64,000 bases of DNA from Gordius albopunctatus (lineage: Eukaryota). Shown here one piece after another: positions 59,383 to 64,000 of this stretch. Position numbers and translations under genes: made by a program. Position 1 is the first letter of the stretch. Every line of letters starts with the position of its first letter. The stretch spans positions 868,001-932,000 of the forward strand of contig OZ193909.1 in assembly GCA_964276515.1 (NCBI GenBank), in the 5' to 3' direction. The notes beneath the pieces are model-generated. The model was given only the letters and a program-made list of their open reading frames with translations, ran no database searches and had not been told where the DNA came from.

Positions 59383-61284
59383 AATACTCGGGCCTTCGGC
59401 CCTCGTGGGAAGGGGGAAGGGGAGGAGGTGAAGGAAGGGGGAACTCATCTACACTCCGTATAAATGTATCATATTTGCTATGCAATTTATGGAAATACTT
59501 ACGTGAATATTGCAAAACGAAGGTTGGAAGCACTAAATAAGTGTATATGCCAAATATCATAAAAGGGGAGAGAGGGAGCGAAGGGGAAGCTTTATGGTTA
59601 GTTAAATTCTACGGGAGTTGTATTACCAAAAAGTCATAATAGCAATGGTAGGAACAGGAACAATCATAATAGTCAAAAGAAACGAAAAAAAATTTTCGAA
59701 TCACATTTTGGCCAAAGGTCATTTTTTTCCATTGGTCAGCAGCCAGGACACGGTAAAAGTGGATATAAATTCATAACAGTCAAAAAAAAACGAAAAAAAA
59801 ATTTTCGAATCACATTTTGGCCAATGGTCATTTTATTCCATTGGTCAGCAGCCAGCGGACGGCCAAAAAGTCATAATAGCAATGGTAGGAACAGGAACAA
59901 TCATAATAGTCAAAAAAAACGGAAAAAATAATTTCGATTTACATTTTGGCCAATGGTCATTTTTTTCCATTGGTCAGCAGCCAGGACACGGTAAAAGTGG
60001 ATATAAATTCATAACAGTCAAAAAAAAACGAAAAAAAAATTTTCGAATCACATTTTGGCCAATGGTCATTTTATTCCATTGGTCAGCAGCCAGCGGACGG
60101 CCAAAAAGTCATGATAGCAATGGTAGGAACAGGAACAATCATAATATTCAAAAAAAACGAAAAAATAAACTCGGATACACATTTTGGCCAATGGTCATTT
60201 TTTTCATTGGTCAGCAGCCAGCGGACGGCCAAAAAGTCTTATTATCATTGATAGTAACAAGAACAATCATAAGAGTCAAAAAAAACTCCGGGATTCTAAC
60301 CCAAAAACTAGATAAATTGCATAGCAATTATTAAAAAGTATAGGGTAATTATTAATGTTAACCTATTCAAAAACGAACAAAAAATTTTGATTTATTTTAA
60401 CAATGGTAATTTTTTTCAATTATCAATGTTAACTTATTCAAAAAGGAAAAACGAAAAATTAGGATTTATTTGGCCAATGTTCATTTTTTCATTGGTCAGT
60501 AGCCAGCGGACGGTCAAAAAGTCATATTATCAATGGTATTAACAAGAACAAAATATTAAATTAATTAAAAAAATAAAAATTTTGCCCTCTCCGGGATTCG
60601 AACCCACATTAAATAGAGGCATAAGCCTTTGGAGGGGAACAGAGAACCATATAAATAGAGCCATAGGCCCTTGTAGGGGAGGGCATAGGGTAATTATCAA
60701 TGTTAAACTATTCAAAAACGAAAAATTAAAAATTTCGATTTATCTGGCCAGTGGTCATTTTTTCATTGGTCAGTAGCCTGCGGACGGTCAAAAATTCATA
60801 TTATCAATGGTATTAACAAGAACAATATATTAATTTAATTTAAAAAAAAATAAAAATTTTTGTCCTCTCCGGGTCTCGAACCATCAATTTAGAACGTTCG
60901 CCGGGATTCAAACCCACATTAAATAGAGGCATAAGCCTTTGGAGGGGAACAGGGAACCATATAAATAGAGCCATAGGCCCTTGTAGGGGAGGGCATAGGG
61001 TAATTATCAATGTTAAACTATTCAAAAACGAAAAATTAAAAATTTCGATTTATCTGGCCAGTGGTCATTTTTTCATTGGTCAGTAGCCTGCGGACGGTCA
61101 AAAAGTCATATTATCAATGGTATTAACAAGAAAAAAATATTAATTTAATTTAAAAAAAAAAAATTTTTGTCCTCTCCGGGTCTCGAACCCGCAACCTCCA
61201 GGTCGGGAAGCTGGTGTAAATAACTTGGTGGACGGACGGACGGACGGACAACCAAAAACGAGCCCATAAATTGCATAGCAATTA
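59383..61284 (-). mobile_element. Complete non-autonomous Helentron (HINE/DINE-1-like, about 1.9 kb) with internal satellite
   Basis: Asymmetric subTIRs TTGCTATGCAATTTATGG (59475-59492) and CCATAAATTGCATAGCAA (61264-61281), terminal hairpin GGGCC-TTC-GGCCC (59390-59402), and a (GGAC)n microsatellite at 61230-61249 like the DINE-1 GTCY tract. Confidence 0.85.
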
Positions 61285-62785
61285 AAATGAAACTACGTGT
61301 GTGTGTGTGTTTAGTTTTCGAGTATTCGCACGCGTTGCAGTGGATACGGAAATATGACATATAGACGACATCAAACTTTATTTTTACTTCAATAACCGCT
61401 TTATCATCATTTATGCCCTCAAATTCCAACACCGAGGAATCTGGTCGATATAATATTTTTCCCTTTAATAAACTTTGTACGCAAGAACATTTTTGTCAAG
61501 TATTTTTTAATATTTTTTAGTCGTGTATGTAATTTTTTTATACCATTTAAATAAATAGTTCTTCCATAAAGTATAAAAAATGTTATAAATTTTTTTTCTA
61601 AGCCTTTTTGATTTTTTATGGTCGCGATAGGCCAGGTGTAGTATAACAGAGGCCAGCCGTGTTAAATATGAGCTGCCAATCAATCAAAGGTCTGATATTT
61701 TTAGGCGTTATGTTTATTGTTTTTAATAAATTAAGTTTAGACTAGCATTTTGGTTATAATATTAATTTTTTAAAATTGTGGCGTTTTTATATAATTAAAT
61801 ATAGACAAATTATTTATTTAATTTTATTGTTGTTATATATAATAAAATAATACATATATATTTATGAATTTTTATAAAGCTGGGATCATCTAACTTAGGG
61901 TGATTTCTTCCCCCTCCCCCCTATAAAAATAAATAAATATTTGTAAAAACAGAAAAATTATTGTAATTTATAAAGAGAAAAATAGAAATTTTAGTATGCA
62001 AAAAATAAATAATGTGCTTGTTGGGTAGTTAAAGCTTAGTATAATGTTTTATTGCCTACTTAAGAACAATGTCTCAGTAGTGACACGATGAACGCTGGGT
62101 GTTAACACGAGATCTAAAATTGCCTCAAAAATCTCATCAATCACGCCTCTACCCAATCGCATTGGAGGGAGAGAGTGTGAACGAGCCATTAATCATCCCT
62201 TTACCCAATCAAAAGGGGTGCTTGGAGTTACCACGCTGGCTGCTGACACCCTACACCGGTTTCCCCTATATATTAAACGACTAATTTTAAAAAGTTTTGA
62301 TTTTTTTAAAAACAATTTTCTATTCAATTTATAAATTTAATAATTACTACTTAACTTTGCATCTTAGCCCATTTGAAACATAATATTGCATTTGCCGCTT
62401 CCAATTTTTTTAGTGATTTACAAAAGATATTTAGATAATACTATATAGGCATCGGTTGATAATTTTTTAATATATGTAACAACAAAACAAATCAAAAGAA
62501 ACATTTAAATTTTGACATAATCTTCAAATGCATTTATCACAAACTAAACATGTATAAACAAATACAATGACAATTAAATAATTTAATAAATAACGTATAA
62601 AATATTAACAATAATACGATGTAATAAATATTACAAAAAACGATAAAAACACAAAATTAACGGCAAATAAATAATCTACATATAAAATAGGAGTACAAAA
62701 TTGTGCGCAATTGGAAATGACCATTGCTATTGCAATATATCGTCTGCTTTCGGGTCATTGGTCGATCGAGTAGGTCACGTGGCAA

Positions 62786-63945
62786 TTAGTTAGAACTCGT
62801 CTCAACTTTTTTGATGCCAAATAATTTAACGTCCGTCTCATACCAAATAGGAGGATCCATGTGTCTTAATAGCAAAATATATTTCATAAAGGGGTTGTTA
62901 TAAAATATTAAAATTTAGGTTAAATTTTTTTAAAAAAATTATCAAAAGGCCTTCTTTAAATATTTCTAAACAATTTCGTACCCCTAACCCATACTATAAT
63001 AATACAATTCATTAACTTGTTGAATTATCAAAATTGATCTAAATCAAGTAAATATTTATCCAAAGAAATATGAAAAATTTAATATCGTTTTTCGGAAAAT
63101 AACTATTAGATCTGATTTAGATGGGCGTAGCTAGAATCAGAATTAGAGTGGGGAGCAAGACAATAGTTTTTTTTTGAAATTTTAGCCATAATTTTAATAA
63201 ATTTTGGGATTTAGAGGGGGGCATCCTCCCATCCCTGTCCCCTTGGCTACGCCTATGCCGCTTACTTTAGATAGATGATGCCCCACACGTAGGTCATGAA
63301 CCAAAGGCTGGTAGAATGATTAGTTTGATATTTCCTAATCAAAATGGGATGCGGAACTGGCAACAGGCCTACCAAGGTGCCGTGTCGCAAAAATTTCAAA
63401 ATTTCGTTTTCGTCGTAAAATTTGCTATAATAAAATAAAGAGACAAGCTGAGGATTTTGTGGTTAAATGGTTAATAGGGGGAAAGAAGGAATTAAAAAGT
63501 GATTGTTAGTGTTGTAAAAAGGACTGGGGTTTGTACGGTCGTCCTTTGCTTTTAGTCGACTAAAAATAAACAGACCCAAGGTTGACCAAACAAAACCCCC
63601 AACCGAACACTAATGACCCTTACTTATCGATGCAAATTTTTTCCACTTGGGGTATCAAAACTTGCAGCAAACGGAGAATGGTTTGCAATGGCATTTTTTG
63701 CTTGAGAGTCGCAGCCTTGAAGAGCATTAAATTTACAATATAAAAAACAATAATAGTTTTATTTATATAATACAAATTATATTTATTATTTAAAAAATAC
63801 ATATTTTGGTAAAATGGAAAAATTTTAGATTGCAATAAATTTCGTTAACCCATGATTGAGTTGGTTTCCAGGATGAATTAGATAGACAATCGCCAAACAG
63901 GCCGTTATCACCCTCTTCGGGGCTCATGATATTTAAGTGTGGAAT
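62786..63945 (-). CDS. HID1: HID1 protein, 3' part (continues beyond the window). Exons 63945-63850, 63715-63624, 63424-63266, 62864-62786
   Basis: WKPTQSW..KQKMPLQTILRLLQVLIPQVEKICID..EILKFLRHGTLVGLLPVPHPILIRKYQ..WFMTYVWGIIYL..DPPIWYETDVKLF matches the conserved HID1 C-terminus. Confidence 0.92.
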
Positions 63946-64000
63946 CTTGATAATAAAATTAACATTAGCATATATGTCCTAAATCAACGAGGCATTCAAT

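Noticed and set aside
62110..62145. Hammerhead ribozyme core (TGATGAG..CTC on the - strand)
   Set aside because: It lacks the CUGA start and the GAAA element.
62690..62812. Pol III ncRNA candidate on the + strand (TATA, hairpin, T-run)
   Set aside because: Explained as the last coding exon and 3' UTR of HID1 on the - strand.

Overview
AT-rich eukaryotic (invertebrate animal-type) genomic DNA; the species cannot be fixed from the sequence. I reconstructed five spliced genes by hand from GT-AG junctions and reading frame: a p47/NSFL1C UBA-SEP-UBX gene (+, with 36-54 nt introns), a two-exon 111-aa single I-set Ig gene (-), a TDP-43/TARDBP orthologue with a very large low-complexity tail (-, about 1097 aa), a bifunctional PAPS synthase (-) and the 3' end of HID1 (-). 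There is also one intact tRNA-Asn(GTT). The rest is mostly transposon-derived: a decayed Helentron (Rep-PIF1-endonuclease) whose endonuclease is split by an inversion, non-autonomous Helentrons (HINE/DINE-like) carrying hairpin satellites and tRNA-derived B-box repeats, a nearly intact CRE-clade non-LTR element inside a PAPSS intron, hAT elements with 8-bp TSDs, and Ty3/gypsy, piggyBac and RTE fragments. No prokaryotic-type system such as CRISPR is present. All identifications rest on recognised motifs, not database searches.
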